A DNA stretch of 63,910 nt, the filler included, from Squatina squatina (Eukaryota), in the NCBI GenBank assembly GCA_031763465.1. It is 3 parts of 3 records of this genome, joined end to end, with 100 filler letters (N's around TTAATTAATTAA, not from the genome) between each part and the next. Parts side by side here need not be neighbours in the genome. Positions count along the whole stretch, not along the records: positions 24,785 to 51,781 come from JARFOE010000001.1; 2 more parts are not named here. One strand, given 5' to 3'. The notes under the pieces are model-generated. The model ran no database searches. It was not told the origin of the DNA and saw only the letters and a list, made by a program, of their open reading frames with translations. The position numbers were made by a program, and so were the translations under genes. Every line of letters starts with the position of its first letter. Positions within the stretch are counted from its first letter, which is position 1. Of this stretch, positions 24,785 to 36,582 are shown piece by piece.

Positions 24785-27396
24785 TAGAGCAGCTCTAAAG
24801 GCTGTTAAGGATCAGAAACATACTTAAGTGTTGGCAGTTGTTCTTTGAATATGTGTTAACGGCGCATTAAATTAAACCCCAAAACACCAGATAAATGGTA
24901 CTCTTTCCTCTGGGGAGTGGGTAATTGAGCGCAACTTATGGACCACCCCATGATGGGGAAGGGTTGATAGCTTTGATTTTTTAAATTGCTTACCGGATAA
25001 GGTTGCTGGACAATTGGCCATCGAGCTCTAGCACAGTATCATTCTCACATTGCAGCCTTTAATTGAGCAAGTGTACTTCTGCTTTAGGTTTGAGCTGCAA
25101 TTGAGTGCTGATCCTCCAGACAGTTTGAAAAGCTAACTTCTTAGTTATCTTTCCAAAATCAAAGATCATAGAATTTTACAGCACAGAAGGAGGCCTACAA
25201 TGGCAGTTTGGAGTCTTTAATTGACAATCCACATAGTAAGCTGTAAGGAGACAGTGCAAGTAGGAATTTTATAGTTAATACAAAACTTATGCACTCCACC
25301 AGAGCTCGCATGAAACAAGATGAATAGTCTTTTTATATGGCTGGTGTAGATTATATGGCCAGCAGCATAAGGAAGACATTTGGAGTGCACAAGGGTGCTA
25401 GGCAAATTATAAAATGAATGTTGTCTGAGCGTTAACAGTCAGATAATCTGCCACAGCTGTGTTCAATAAAGTATACAGCTGAATCCCGGCACAATTTTAC
25501 ATGGCTTAGAACTTTTACAAACATCCGAGCATAAAAAGGAGGATTGTAATCCTTCTGGAATTGATTGAATACTTCCTGTTTTCCCATTTTTTCCCAAGTA
25601 TTGCAGGNNNNNNNNNNNNNNNNNNNNNNNNNNNNNNNNNNNNNNNNNNNNNNNNNNNNNNNNNNNNNNNNNNNNNNNNNNNNNNNNNNNNNNNNNNNNN
25701 NNNNNNNGTAGACCAGCATGATGAGGAGGGGAAAAGATCGAGGGGCTGAAACATTGAAAATATTGCAAAAATCTGTGGTTTTGATATAAGGGATGAACAT
25801 CCCATGCGACAGATTGCCAATTTGCTCTAGAAACAAGGAGCACAAACAAAAGTTATCGGCTTATTGTTTAAACTCTATTTGTGACCGCATCTCAGAGTAA
25901 AGCACACGTCTGTGAAAAATATATGTGCCTTGTTTGCTCACACGGGACCTGAAGGTATGTTGCCAAGGGAATGTTGATATACTGTACATATTTCCGGGTC
26001 AAAGACCTGATAACTTTTCCCAGATGTGTATCACGATGTTCTGCCACATCTGGGACACATACGCAGATGCCTGCAATGTTCAGTTGGAGCTGATTTAACT
26101 TCTTGCACTAAGTGAGAGGGTAGTGTTGGGATTGCGATGACAGCTGAATACTGCGTCTCACGCATTAAAGCGAACTATTTTTTTAAAAATGCCCTAAATT
26201 CATCAGGGATCCAACAAGAACAGTGGAGCATGACTGCTGGTGACTGCTTATGNNNNNNNNNNNNNNNNNNNNNNNNNNNNNNNNNNNNNNNNNNNNNNNN
26301 NNNNNNNNNNNNNNNNNNNNNNNNNNNNNNNNNNNNNNNNNNNNNNNNNNNNTCCTGCTCCTATTTCTTATGTTCTTATGTTCTGTTGAATTAGATGAGA
26401 AGTGACATGGGGAATTATTTTACTGTCTAATACAGGGGAATGCAACAGCCTCAGTGTATTATGAAGCATTAGTTTGATAAGTCTTCATTGGAATGTGTTT
26501 TAAACTCTTGGTACGAAACCATTACCAGGTTGTTCCCAGTACTTTATGAGACCATTCAAATGAATCTTCTCAGACTTGGCCACAAACGCCAAGTTCAATC
26601 CATTTACTAGTTCCAAAATCATTCATTCGTGGTCAGTCTGGTCATACACAATAGCTTCTTGTTTTCTCTATCTCCTGATGGTGAAAGATTGCTTCAGTAT
26701 GCAAATTCCAGGCTTCGATAGTCTTTTCCATAAAACTGAAACAATACAGAAAGAGCTCCCCGAGCCTGCTGCAAGCACGTGTGAATATTGGAGCAGGTCC
26801 AAAGCACACTTTTTAGACTAAAAACCCTTATCACGGGTGCATCTCCCCTATACATCTTCATCTGACAACCCCGCTCTCCCTCACTACGTGAAGTCCAATA
26901 AAAACAATGAGGAGACTAATAAAAATGAATCAGCCTGCTTGTTTTCTCAAGGGCTTACAGAGGTTTGGCTTGGCTGAGTGACAAAAATTTTAGACAGAAA
27001 ACTTTTAAGTATAGTTACTCTTTCTCACAGCCTGAGAGAGGATAATTAACAATTCTGCAGAATTTTGCAGATGCAAATCGTAAAAATCAAAGTGCCAGTT
27101 TCAAAATGAATTTATAACCAAACAATTATATATACAATGTCTCCACTAAATGCATTGTTAACAAACGGGCTGAGTTTTTCACTTTAATGAAACCAATTCC
27201 TGATGTATATAAAATTGTAAGAATATAGAATAGTCAACAACAAGAAAAGACTATTCCCTCAGCGAAACACGCCCCTCTAGTACCCTAAATCTCTCAGCCT
27301 GGCAACCAACTGCATCAGGAATGCCCCTAAAGTCATCTCTTCTAACCTGTCTAGATTATTCCTGGAGATTATCACCCTATACATGAAGAATTATGG

Positions 27397-27720
27397 TAAC
27401 CTAGTAGTTATGGTCCGCAACTAGCCCCCTGGGAGATCGTGAATTCAGATCCCACCATGGGAAATCGAACTTAAAAAGTCTGATTATTTATGGAGATAGC
27501 ACCAGAGAATGATGGTGAAAGCCAATTGGGCTATTGCTAAAAACCCAACTGGCTCACTAATGTTCTTCAAGAAAGTGTGCCTACCACTCCTGCTTAGCCT
27601 GGCCCACAAGTGACTCCAGTCCCATTCTATATGGTTCACTTTTGATGCCCTCAGGACAACTGGGAATGGGCAGTAAATGCTGCCAAGTCAGCAGTGCCCA
27701 TATCCCAAGAACAAATAAAT
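27397..27720 (+). mobile_element. tRNA-derived SINE with LINE-derived tail, decayed
   Basis: Shares the central ctggctcactaatgt…gtgactccag and the tail gggaatgggcagtaaatgctg with 31093-31512. Confidence 0.6.
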
Positions 27721-28204
27721 GATGAAGAAATCATCCAATCCGATAAGGCGCTGGATGTATTTCATCTTTGGGGAGCCAATCTTTGGGTCGCGGGACAAAT
27801 TCTTGCAAATTGGTCCTTTTTGCCCCTACTTTCCGCCAGGAAACCAAGTGCAACAAGGTCCAATTTCTAGCCCATGACCCCATGACTAATCCAATAACAT
27901 AATCCCTCGATTAAGACTCCCCAAAATGGTAAAGGGGGATTGCAACGAGGATTGCAGACAGCTTCCTGATAAAATGGCTTTGTGGCATCAGTTTGCAGAT
28001 TTGCAGTTTTAACAGAAAAATGAACAGAATCACGTAATGCACACTGGTGAATCACACATAATAAAAATTGAATTTGATTTATNNNNNNNNNNNNNNNNNN
28101 NNNNNNNNNNNNNNNNNNNNNNNNNNNNNNNNNNNNNNNNNNNNNNNNNNNNNNNNNNNNNNNNNNNNNNNNNNNNNNNNNNGTGCACGCTGCGACAATT
28201 AGTG

Positions 28205-28368
28205 CTTTTCAGACTGAAATAGTTCGATATTTATTAGATAAGGTTAGCAAGGTATGTGGAGCAAAGGCGGGACTATGGTGTTGAGGGAGGAGATCAGCCA
28301 TGATCTAATTGAATGGCGGTGCAGGCCCGAGGGGCTGAATGGCCTACTCCTGCTCCTAATGTTCCTAC
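28205..28368 (+). mobile_element. CR1/HER1-type 3' tail
   Basis: gatcagccatgatc…gaatggcctactcctgctcct. Related copies at 39758-39820, 46054-46205 and 60736-60897. Confidence 0.75.
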
Positions 28369-29676
28369 AGTGCACTTGCTGTTGGCTGATTTGAAACACA
28401 ATTGAAAAAGAACAGCCTGCATTGTCAATCCCTCTGTCTCGGCTGAAGGAGGAAGGAATAACTTAGATTTAGTGATCTGTTCAGAACATTTAAGACAATC
28501 ACAAAAGCTATCTATTACAATTCAAGAATCAGTCAAGAATCAAAAACAGTGGTACTGCTGAATGAAAGCATTCTCCAGCTGTGAGTGGAGAATAAGTATG
28601 TAAGCTGGATGTGCAGACAAAGCGTCCTTTGTTGTGAAAGTTTTTGTTAAGGCACTTGTGTTTATATATGGAGTGCAAGTATGGACTCGACTAATTTGGT
28701 GTTGATAGAAATATGAAGATGGTACATGAGTGCCTTTTATATCCTGCTAATACTGAGATTTTTTGAAAGTGTTACATAAACTGCAGAGGCAACCAGTTNN
28801 NNNNNNNNNNNNNNNNNNNNNNNNNNNNNNNNNNNNNNNNNNNNNNNNNNNNNNNNNNNNNNNNNNNNNNNNNNNNNNNNNNNNNNNNNNNNNNNNNNGT
28901 AAAGAAAAAGAAACCAACACTAAAGATTCCGATTACTTTTGATAAGATGCAATGACTCTAAAAACAGAAATGAAAAAGATCTTGTTCCACAGAAAGCATC
29001 TGGTATATATTTATCATCTATTACTTTCATTCCAGTTCATTACTGGTTAATTCAACTACCAAAGGCTGCAATAAATCCAGTTTAGTATCAGCTTGGCCAA
29101 CTTCCACATGTAATTTGACAAAGCGGAACGTCTAACTACTTTCCACCAACGGAATTTATTGTAAGTGGAGGATTTGTGAAAAAACAATCAATGTTTACTG
29201 AGATATATTTGGATAACAGTCAGACAGACCGACTCCAAGTGCCCCATATAAATACACAATTATATGTGTTTAGGGCTTACATGAACGGAAAAAGGTTAAT
29301 AGCATGCCTTAATGATACTGATCCTCATCGGTAGTCAAATGTCAGCTCTGTCAAAATGCCTACAATACCACACAATTGAACACAACAGTTTTACGATGCA
29401 AACGGGATACCAGTACATGCTGCCCAAAACAAACACAATAGTACATGCTCGGAAGTGTTTTTTTTTACTAAGTCTGTCTACTTTTTCTGCATAAGAATAG
29501 GAAATTTAAATAGCCAACCAGAAACAGCAGCCTTAGTGAGGTCTNNNNNNNNNNNNNNNNNNNNNNNNNNNNNNNNNNNNNNNNNNNNNNNNNNNNNNNN
29601 NNNNNNNNNNNNNNNNNNNNNNNNNNNNNNNNNNNNNNNNNNNNCTGAAGCTATAAAACCACTTAAGGATACTCAC

Positions 29677-29783
29677 TGATTCAATTTTTCTTCAGCATGA
29701 ACTTTCAGAGCCTGGTACCTCTGCTCTTCCTTCTTGATCCTTGCAAGATAATCTTGAGCACATTTCTTTAGAGAATCTTCATT
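29677..29783 (-). CDS. TACC3: TACC3 internal exon, TACC coiled-coil domain ([35 protein letters not shown])
   Basis: Acceptor ggtttag|AAT, 107 nt, donor CA|GTGAGT. TACC-domain peptide. Paralogue assigned from its divergent orientation next to TMEM129. Not in the ORF track. Confidence 0.88.
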
Positions 29784-30442
29784 CTAAACCCATTTGGGAA
29801 AAAGGTGTACAAATTTACACCTCAATGATTGCAATGTCAACTGATTTGAATATTGGTGATTCCATGTTGTAGTCCCTCTACAGTGGACATGGACACTAAA
29901 AGGGCCAATATTAAAAAATACTTCACTGACTTGAAACACAAGAACCCAGAAAATCACAGGCCAGTTAGAGGAGTAGGCAGGCATATGACAAATGCAACTC
30001 AGAGATCAATAGAAAGTCGTAAGTTTTGGGAAATGGTGGCACTGTACTGATGACCTGAGATAAGCCGGATCATTAGAAATGGGGAGAGACTTGAGAAAAA
30101 CACCAGCATAGGTGGCAATCCAATGACATTAACAAACCCATTTTCTATATGATATTACGTAAAGGGATTCAATGTAAAAAGAAGTCTGCCTATCATGGGA
30201 AGTAAGTTCGAAATGATGAGTTCTGTTTTGGTGACCTTCTTAAAAAGGTCTCTACCTTCATGAAAACATAGCCAATTGTGAGAAAACTGCACATCGCCTT
30301 CATCATGATGTGAGTACAAGCCTGCTGTCTCAGTGTGTGAAANNNNNNNNNNNNNNNNNNNNNNNNNNNNNNNNNNNNNNNNNNNNNNNNNNNNNNNNNN
30401 NNNNNNNNNNNNNNNNNNNNNNNNNNNNNNNNNNNNNNNNNN

Positions 30443-30813
30443 CCTGCCATTGTTGGCTTTGTGGTGTTGTACTGGTCCTTAAATAAGTGGGGCAACCATC
30501 CGATAGCCAGAAGCCTTGCGCACCATGCCCTTCCGCAGTCTGGTTGGAGAGCTGTGGCATCTTCTGTTAATACCGAGTTCCGAAGGATTGATAAATTTGC
30601 TTCTGGTGTGCCAGGAGCCCGAGTTATTGTCACTGATACGTGGGTGATGAAGGTGACTACGTATAGTGTTCATATAGCACAGCAGCAGGACATTCACCTC
30701 ACATTGACTGAATCAAGACAGCATGAGCTGTGCCCTGACCTGAACACTCCAGTACAATTCCTCACAATCAGAGTGGGCAGCATCAATCCGAACATCAAGC
30801 CATTCGACATTAG
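30443..30813 (+). CDS. TMEM129: TMEM129 (ERAD E3 ubiquitin ligase) internal exon, 5' end lost in gap
   Basis: Peptide HPIARSL…ALPQSGWRAVASSVNTEFRRIDKF…ARVIVTDTWVMKVTTY…ESRQHEL matches recalled TMEM129. Donor ATTAG|GTGGGT. Confidence 0.95.
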
Positions 30814-31092
30814 GTGGGTAATGGCGTCTAATCTACAGCTGGATATCCAAGTTATCACTGATTTAAAACTGAAAACCATATCTCCTTACCATATGGTCCT
30901 GATTCCCTTCCCTCAACACCAGCATTGTGTCTTTCTACCACCTCTGCACTGCCGTCAACGAAAGCACACCAAGTGGGAAGTTGATTGTTTTGGTGGGTGG
31001 TTGGGGGTGCAGAAAGAAGGGAACTAAAATTGTTTCACCTGTGAAATTGAAGTCCACATTGTAAAGATAAACCTGGTAACTATGGGAACAGT

Positions 31093-31512
31093 AGCATAGT
31101 GGTTATGTTACTGGACTAGTAATCTGGAGGGCCAGACCAATGATCCAGAAACATGAGTTCAAATCCCACCACAGCAATTTTAAATTCCAAGAAAGTTGGA
31201 TTATAAAAGTTAGTGGTGATCATGAAACTATCAGATTGTCTTACAGACATATTGTCTTCACTAATATCCTTTTTAGGGGGAAGGAAATCTGCTGACCTTA
31301 CCTGGTTTGGCCTATGTGACTGCAGACCCACAGCAATGTGGTTGACTCTTAACTGCCCTCTGAAATGACCTAGCAAGCCACTCAGTTGTACCAAACAGCT
31401 GCAGAAAGAGAGTATACAAAGACTTTCACCGCATGGACTGCAGCGGTTCAAGAAAGCGGCTCACTACCACCTTCTCTAGGGCAATTGGGGATGGGCAATA
31501 AATGCTGGCCTT
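31093..31512 (+). mobile_element. tRNA-derived SINE with LINE-derived tail
   Basis: A-box-like tagtggtt and B-box-like agttcaaatccc, a conserved central region, and a tail matching 13045-13140. Confidence 0.75.
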
Positions 31513-32020
31513 NNNNNNNNNNNNNNNNNNNNNNNNNNNNNNNNNNNNNNNNNNNNNNNNNNNNNNNNNNNNNNNNNNNNNNNNNNNNNNNNNNNNNNNN
31601 NNNNNNNNNNNNGTTAACCCATCCAGAACAACCTTCCTTTCCCACTTCAGTTGTTGCATCTGATTGGTTCTTAAATGATTCCAGGGTTTTCACTTTTATT
31701 GCTCTTCCTGGAAATACACTTGAAGTGTTGATCACTGTTTTATGATTAGCTGCCTGCTATCTGTCTTGAAGTTGCTGTTGACTAGCTTGAACCATCCTAC
31801 TCCCACAGTTTAAAATATGCAACTCTGAACAAAGTGTGTCGTTCACAAAGTTGGTGGACTCCTTTCATCTTCTGTTANNNNNNNNNNCATTTATTTTGAT
31901 TTTTTTAAATGGAAGTTTTATCCTGCAGACCAGTAGTACTTCTGTTAAAATTCTTCAAGTTTTCACTTTTTAATGTTTAAATTGGTTGATTAAACCACTT
32001 ATTTAAATTTTTCCTTTCAG

Positions 32021-32083
32021 ATACAAAAGACGACTCTTGCTAAACGACTTTAATGACCATGAAAGGGATTACTCTTCTGAAAG
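32021..32083 (+). CDS. SLBP: SLBP (histone mRNA stem-loop binding protein) internal exon (RYKRRLLLNDFNDHERDYSSES)
   Basis: Acceptor ttcctttcag|A, 63 nt, donor AAG|GTATAT. Similar to the RYKRKLLINDF motif. In phase with the next exon. Confidence 0.85.
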
Positions 32084-32687
32084 GTATATTTAAAATGTGT
32101 TTCCAGAAATTCTGAAATAATGCTTGCTAACAAAGTACTGCACAATTAACCTCTGCATTTTGCAAAGCTCTTCCTCAATATATTGTAAGACTAGTATCAG
32201 ATTGTTAAATCATGTACCAAATGTCTCTGCATGAGAATGTTGGGTGGGGAGAGGAGGAACAACAGTTTGAGACTGGTTTGGATGGTCATCAAATATTCTC
32301 GTTCACTCTAACGACCACCTGCATCTCAACAATGTAGTGTACTAGATGTCCACTGGGGTGGGGGAAAGGGAAGAAGAGAGGTAGAGTGGCTTGGTTACTT
32401 TCCTATGGTTTTTATCTCCTCTATCCTGCAATACAGCTAGGAGTGGGATTGTAGTACAGGAAGGGGTTAGATTTACACATTGGTACCATGCACTTGCAAA
32501 TGGTGGAGACTTTATTCTGATATGGGAATTTGAATCTGCAGCGGGGTCTCGGGTAATTGCGTATTGATGTACAAAGGAATATGTAGTTTATGTCTCTAAT
32601 TCTTTCCTCATCCCGAAACCAGGAAGTTCTGATTGAGGGGTCGGAAATCACTTTTAATCATCTAATTGCCAAAGGGTTTTATGTTAG

Positions 32688-32822
32688 TTCCAGTGGCTCC
32701 AGAGAATCATTAGCACCTTCAGAACTTGAAACTGATGAAGTGGTATTGATGAGAAGACAGAAGCAGATCAACTATGGAAAGAACACTATTGCGTATGATC
32801 GATTCATTCAGGAAGTTCCTAA
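32688..32822 (+). CDS. SLBP: SLBP exon with the start of the RNA-binding domain ([31 protein letters not shown])
   Basis: Hallmark [12 protein letters not shown] motif. Donor AA|GTAAGA. An alternative in-frame acceptor at 32694 is possible. Confidence 0.95.
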
Positions 32823-33930
32823 GTAAGATCACATGTTTATTCTTGTTCTGATAGTCTTGAAGTTGGGCTTTTTTGCCAAATTTGGGGTTGAACAATTAAG
32901 ACTTAATTCGGTAACTTAACATTCATCATACTTGAGTGCTATGGTAAAGTAGAAAATATTCTTAGGAGTTAGAAGCATGAAAGTTTCACTTGTATAGGGA
33001 GGTGACTGATCTACAATTGAGTGGCTGAGATCAAGAATACAAATCTGTGTCCTTGTACCTTGTGAAGAACGATGTCCTTCGTCAGTTATAATTTGTAGAC
33101 TTTTTTAGTGCAAAACATGCTACCATTTGGCTAATATTCTCCTAACCCATAACTTAGTTTTGTCCAGATCACCCCTCTAGCCATCTAGATTTGCTTTTCA
33201 TGGACCTTGAGGAGGGAAGGAAAGAAATGTTATGGGGGAGGGGTCTCGCAGAAGCTTGGCATTTTCAGAAATATTGAAATCATTTACATAGCATGTTCTT
33301 GGTGTTTCATGTCCTTAAATTACTTGATGAACTGTTCCATCAGCAACCAATATATAATGCCTTTANNNNNNNNNNNNNNNNNNNNNNNNNNNNNNNNNNN
33401 NNNNNNNNNNNNNNNNNNNNNNNNNNNNNNNNNNNNNNNNNNNNNNNNNNNNNNNNNNNNNNNNNACAGGGCCTCTGATGTCTCATCTGAAAGATGGCAC
33501 TTCCAACAGTGTAGCACTCCCTCAGTATTGCACTTACCCCATGTATTTTACTTTGCTTTTGTTAGCATTGAGTCTGTATCAGGAATTGATTTACTTTTGT
33601 TGTACTTCCTTGATACAAGAGGCTCAGCAATTATGATATTACTGAGGTTCCAAGTTGATTACTTGGAATTTTATGTGCAATATAAAAAATGCAACAGTGA
33701 TATTCTGATATCATTTATGCATGGAACCTATTTGCCTTCTGATCATATCCCACCTACTGTTTTCTCTCTGCAAGTAAGGATTGTGTTAACTTTAGACTTA
33801 GCTTTACTTTGTATTTTACCTCACCATAAAAATTGTTATTTCACTTGTTTAGTTCATTTTTTTTACATTTCAGGGAACTGAGAAAGAAAGTTTACGGTTG
33901 AATTTTGGCATCATCTTCACAATTGGGAGA

Positions 33931-34042
33931 ATGTCACAGGCATCTGGAGGTTTCCTGCTTCCTTTGGGCCCTTTGATGGGACAGAAAAGGGTTTCTCCAG
34001 CTGAAACAGAGAACAGAGAAACTGTGGGCTTCTCAGAGTCAA
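33931..34042 (+). CDS. CCDC142: Probable CCDC142 first coding exon (MSQASGGFLLPLGPL…GFSES)
   Basis: Acceptor tttacatttcag| at 33873, ATG at 33931, donor TCAA|GTAAGG. The N-terminus resembles recalled human MAQASRSGSLPPL. Confidence 0.6.
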
Positions 34043-34838
34043 GTAAGGAGCCACAATCCAAAGTTTTTTCATCATTGACTGCCCATCTGAAGCTAGAACT
34101 TCTTGACTAAAGTAGATAGCAATTCTCCATGTTCCAAAAATAAATAAATACAAGTGCACATCATTTTATTTATTTTAACTGACCCCTGGCCCTTCAGAAG
34201 AGCTCGGGAATTTCTACTCATACAATTTTTCTAAGTCTTTCTCAAATTTGCGAGGCATCTGTACTTGTTATAATTCAGCTGTCTCACCTAGTTAATCTGA
34301 ATCTCCAAAATTCCACACACCGCTAAGAGTAAACCCAGATTCCAATTCGTGTACTGTGTTCACTTATGGTTACTAAGGCATAAAGGAAACTTCCAAAATC
34401 TCAAGACTGTGCAGAGAAGGGCCATAAGACAGATGTCTAGTGCCAGAGAACTGTTTGAGGTATGACGAGCAAAACCTGGACTCTAGCTGGGAAAGGGGGA
34501 GCTTACTTGAATTATAGAACATACTAAGCAAGCAGATAAAACTGTTTGTACCCCAGTTGGGCCATTCTTGGTCCCTCTTAGTTTATGCCTTCATCAACCT
34601 GCCTTTTAGAAATCCATGCTGACTGGCCCCAATTTCCTCCGATTTCTCCAAGTGCTGAGCAATTATATCCTGTGTTCTATAGAATCTAGTCAGTTGCCAA
34701 CAACTGAAGTAAAACTAACTGTCCTATAAATTTCTGACTTTTTTGCCACCCACNNNNNNNNNNCTTTACCAACAACTGTAGTAAGCCATTTTGGCTTATA
34801 ATTTGCAGCTTTATCGCTATTTTTGAAGAGGGCGTCAC

Positions 34839-35283
34839 TTTTTTATTCGTTCTGGGATGTGGGCATCGCTGGCAAGGCCAGCATTTATTGCCCATCCCTA
34901 GTTGCCCTCGAGAAGGTGGTGAGGAGCTGCCTTCTTGAATCGCTGCAGTCCTTGTGGTGACTTTTTTCGTAGCGGTTGTTTACAACTGAGTGGCTTACTC
35001 GGCCATTTCAGAGGGCAGATAAGAGTCAACCACATTACTGTGGGTCTGGAGTCACATATAGGCCAGACCAGTTAAGGATGGCAGATTCCCTTCCCTAAAG
35101 GACATTAGTGAAACAGATGGGTTTTTACGACAATCCAATAGTTTCATGGTCACCATTACTGACACTCGCTTTTTTAAAATTCCAGACTATTTAATTAACT
35201 GAATTTAAATTCCACAGCTGCCGTGGTGGGATTTGGACTCCCGTCTCTGGATCAATAGTCCAAGCCTCTGGATTAATAATCCC
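34839..35283 (-). mobile_element. tRNA-derived SINE with LINE-derived tail (best-preserved copy)
   Basis: Reverse complement of the 31093-31512 family across head, core and tail. Confidence 0.8.
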
Positions 35284-35485
35284 GCAACAAGGGTGTCGCG
35301 GAGGGAGCAGTCTGTTCGGAATGCTGAAAGGGGAGGGAAGGGGAAGATGTGTTTGATGATGGGATCACTCTGGAGGTGGCGCAAATGGCAGAGGATGATC
35401 CGTTGAACGGGTGGGCTGGTGGGGTGAAAGGTGAGGAGGAGGGGAACCATATCATGGTTCTGGAAGGGAGGGGAAGGGGTGAGAG
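35284..35485 (-). mobile_element. Penelope-like element ORF fragment (RT to GIY-YIG linker)
   Basis: Peptide VPLLLTFHPTS…IIL.HLRHLQSDP..KHIFPFPPLSAFR…SLRDTLV. Confidence 0.75.
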
Positions 35486-36582
35486 TTCACCCCTTAAGTT
35501 TATTTATACAGTGCACTGCAGCAAACGATCTGCAGAATCTATTTCAAAAGAGTCTCTATGAAGTACAGCAAACAGAGCTCATGACCCAAGCTACAGCGAC
35601 ACCTCCCGATAAAAGCAGGGTGATTTCTCCAGCAGAATGCAGTGACTGGAGGATAGCTGCATAATACAAATCTTATGCATAAAGTCAATCCCAGCCACTT
35701 AACACTGGTGGTGTGATTGACGGGGGAATTACCCAATCATCCGCTTTCTGGCTGGGAATCGTGTTTTTTTTTTAAATATGCAGCCCTGTTTAGTATCTTG
35801 GCACATAGGTTCACAGATATAAGATTCCCCCTCTGACATGTAAATGGTAGATGGCATGAGTAATCGCGATAACAACTCCAAGCTGGATCATGAAGCAGCA
35901 AGACATCGTTTGCGATTGGAAAGACTTTAAGCGTAAATATCATTGCAACGTGTACAAATGGAATCAGCGTACAAGTCGCAGAAAGCCTTCGGAAAGAATG
36001 GACAGGAAAATGAGCCAAATCATAAAAGTTAACAGATGCAGGACAGTACTGGACCTTGCAAAGGGCAGATGAAACAACGCAGATGTTCACAACAGGATAT
36101 ATAAATCTAGATTCAGCATGCGTTGTGTACACATAGACACACAAAAAAAGAAGTCATCCTGCCCCTTCAAAGGAAAAGACCAAGGTTCCTTAGACTAATT
36201 CGGCTTTGTTACGGTCAGGTGAAAACCAAGATGAATCTAATCTGCAGATCTAATGAGTGTATTCGGTGGTGGAAGCGTTTAGCCTTTCTTCCAATTGCCA
36301 TATCATTGATGGCAGTCTGACATGACTCTGACTGATTTATGGCAGAAACCCAATGACGTTTGAGCTCTGCTATACTTTGAAATTGTCAGCTCTCTTGAAC
36401 GCACCTCCTTAAAGCATGTGTTTCCAACATCTGGTCTTGATTTTTTTTAAAATAATCTGCATCTAAATAACAATATTTGCACNNNNNNNNNNNNNNNNNN
36501 NNNNNNNNNNNNNNNNNNNNNNNNNNNNNNNNNNNNNNNNNNNNNNNNNNNNNNNNNNNNNNNNNNNNNNNNNNNNNNNNNN

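Noticed and set aside
30200-30342. ATGATGA as a C/D snoRNA box C
   Set aside because: No properly placed box D or terminal stem, and it lies antisense to the likely host TACC3.
30814-31027. Extension of the TMEM129 ORF to 188 aa (likewise 38191-38321 for CCDC142)
   Set aside because: Similarity ends at a canonical GT donor. The remainder is intron read-through.
31093-31175. tRNA gene (also 51335-51400)
   Set aside because: A/B-box remnants belong to SINE heads, and no cloverleaf can be formed.
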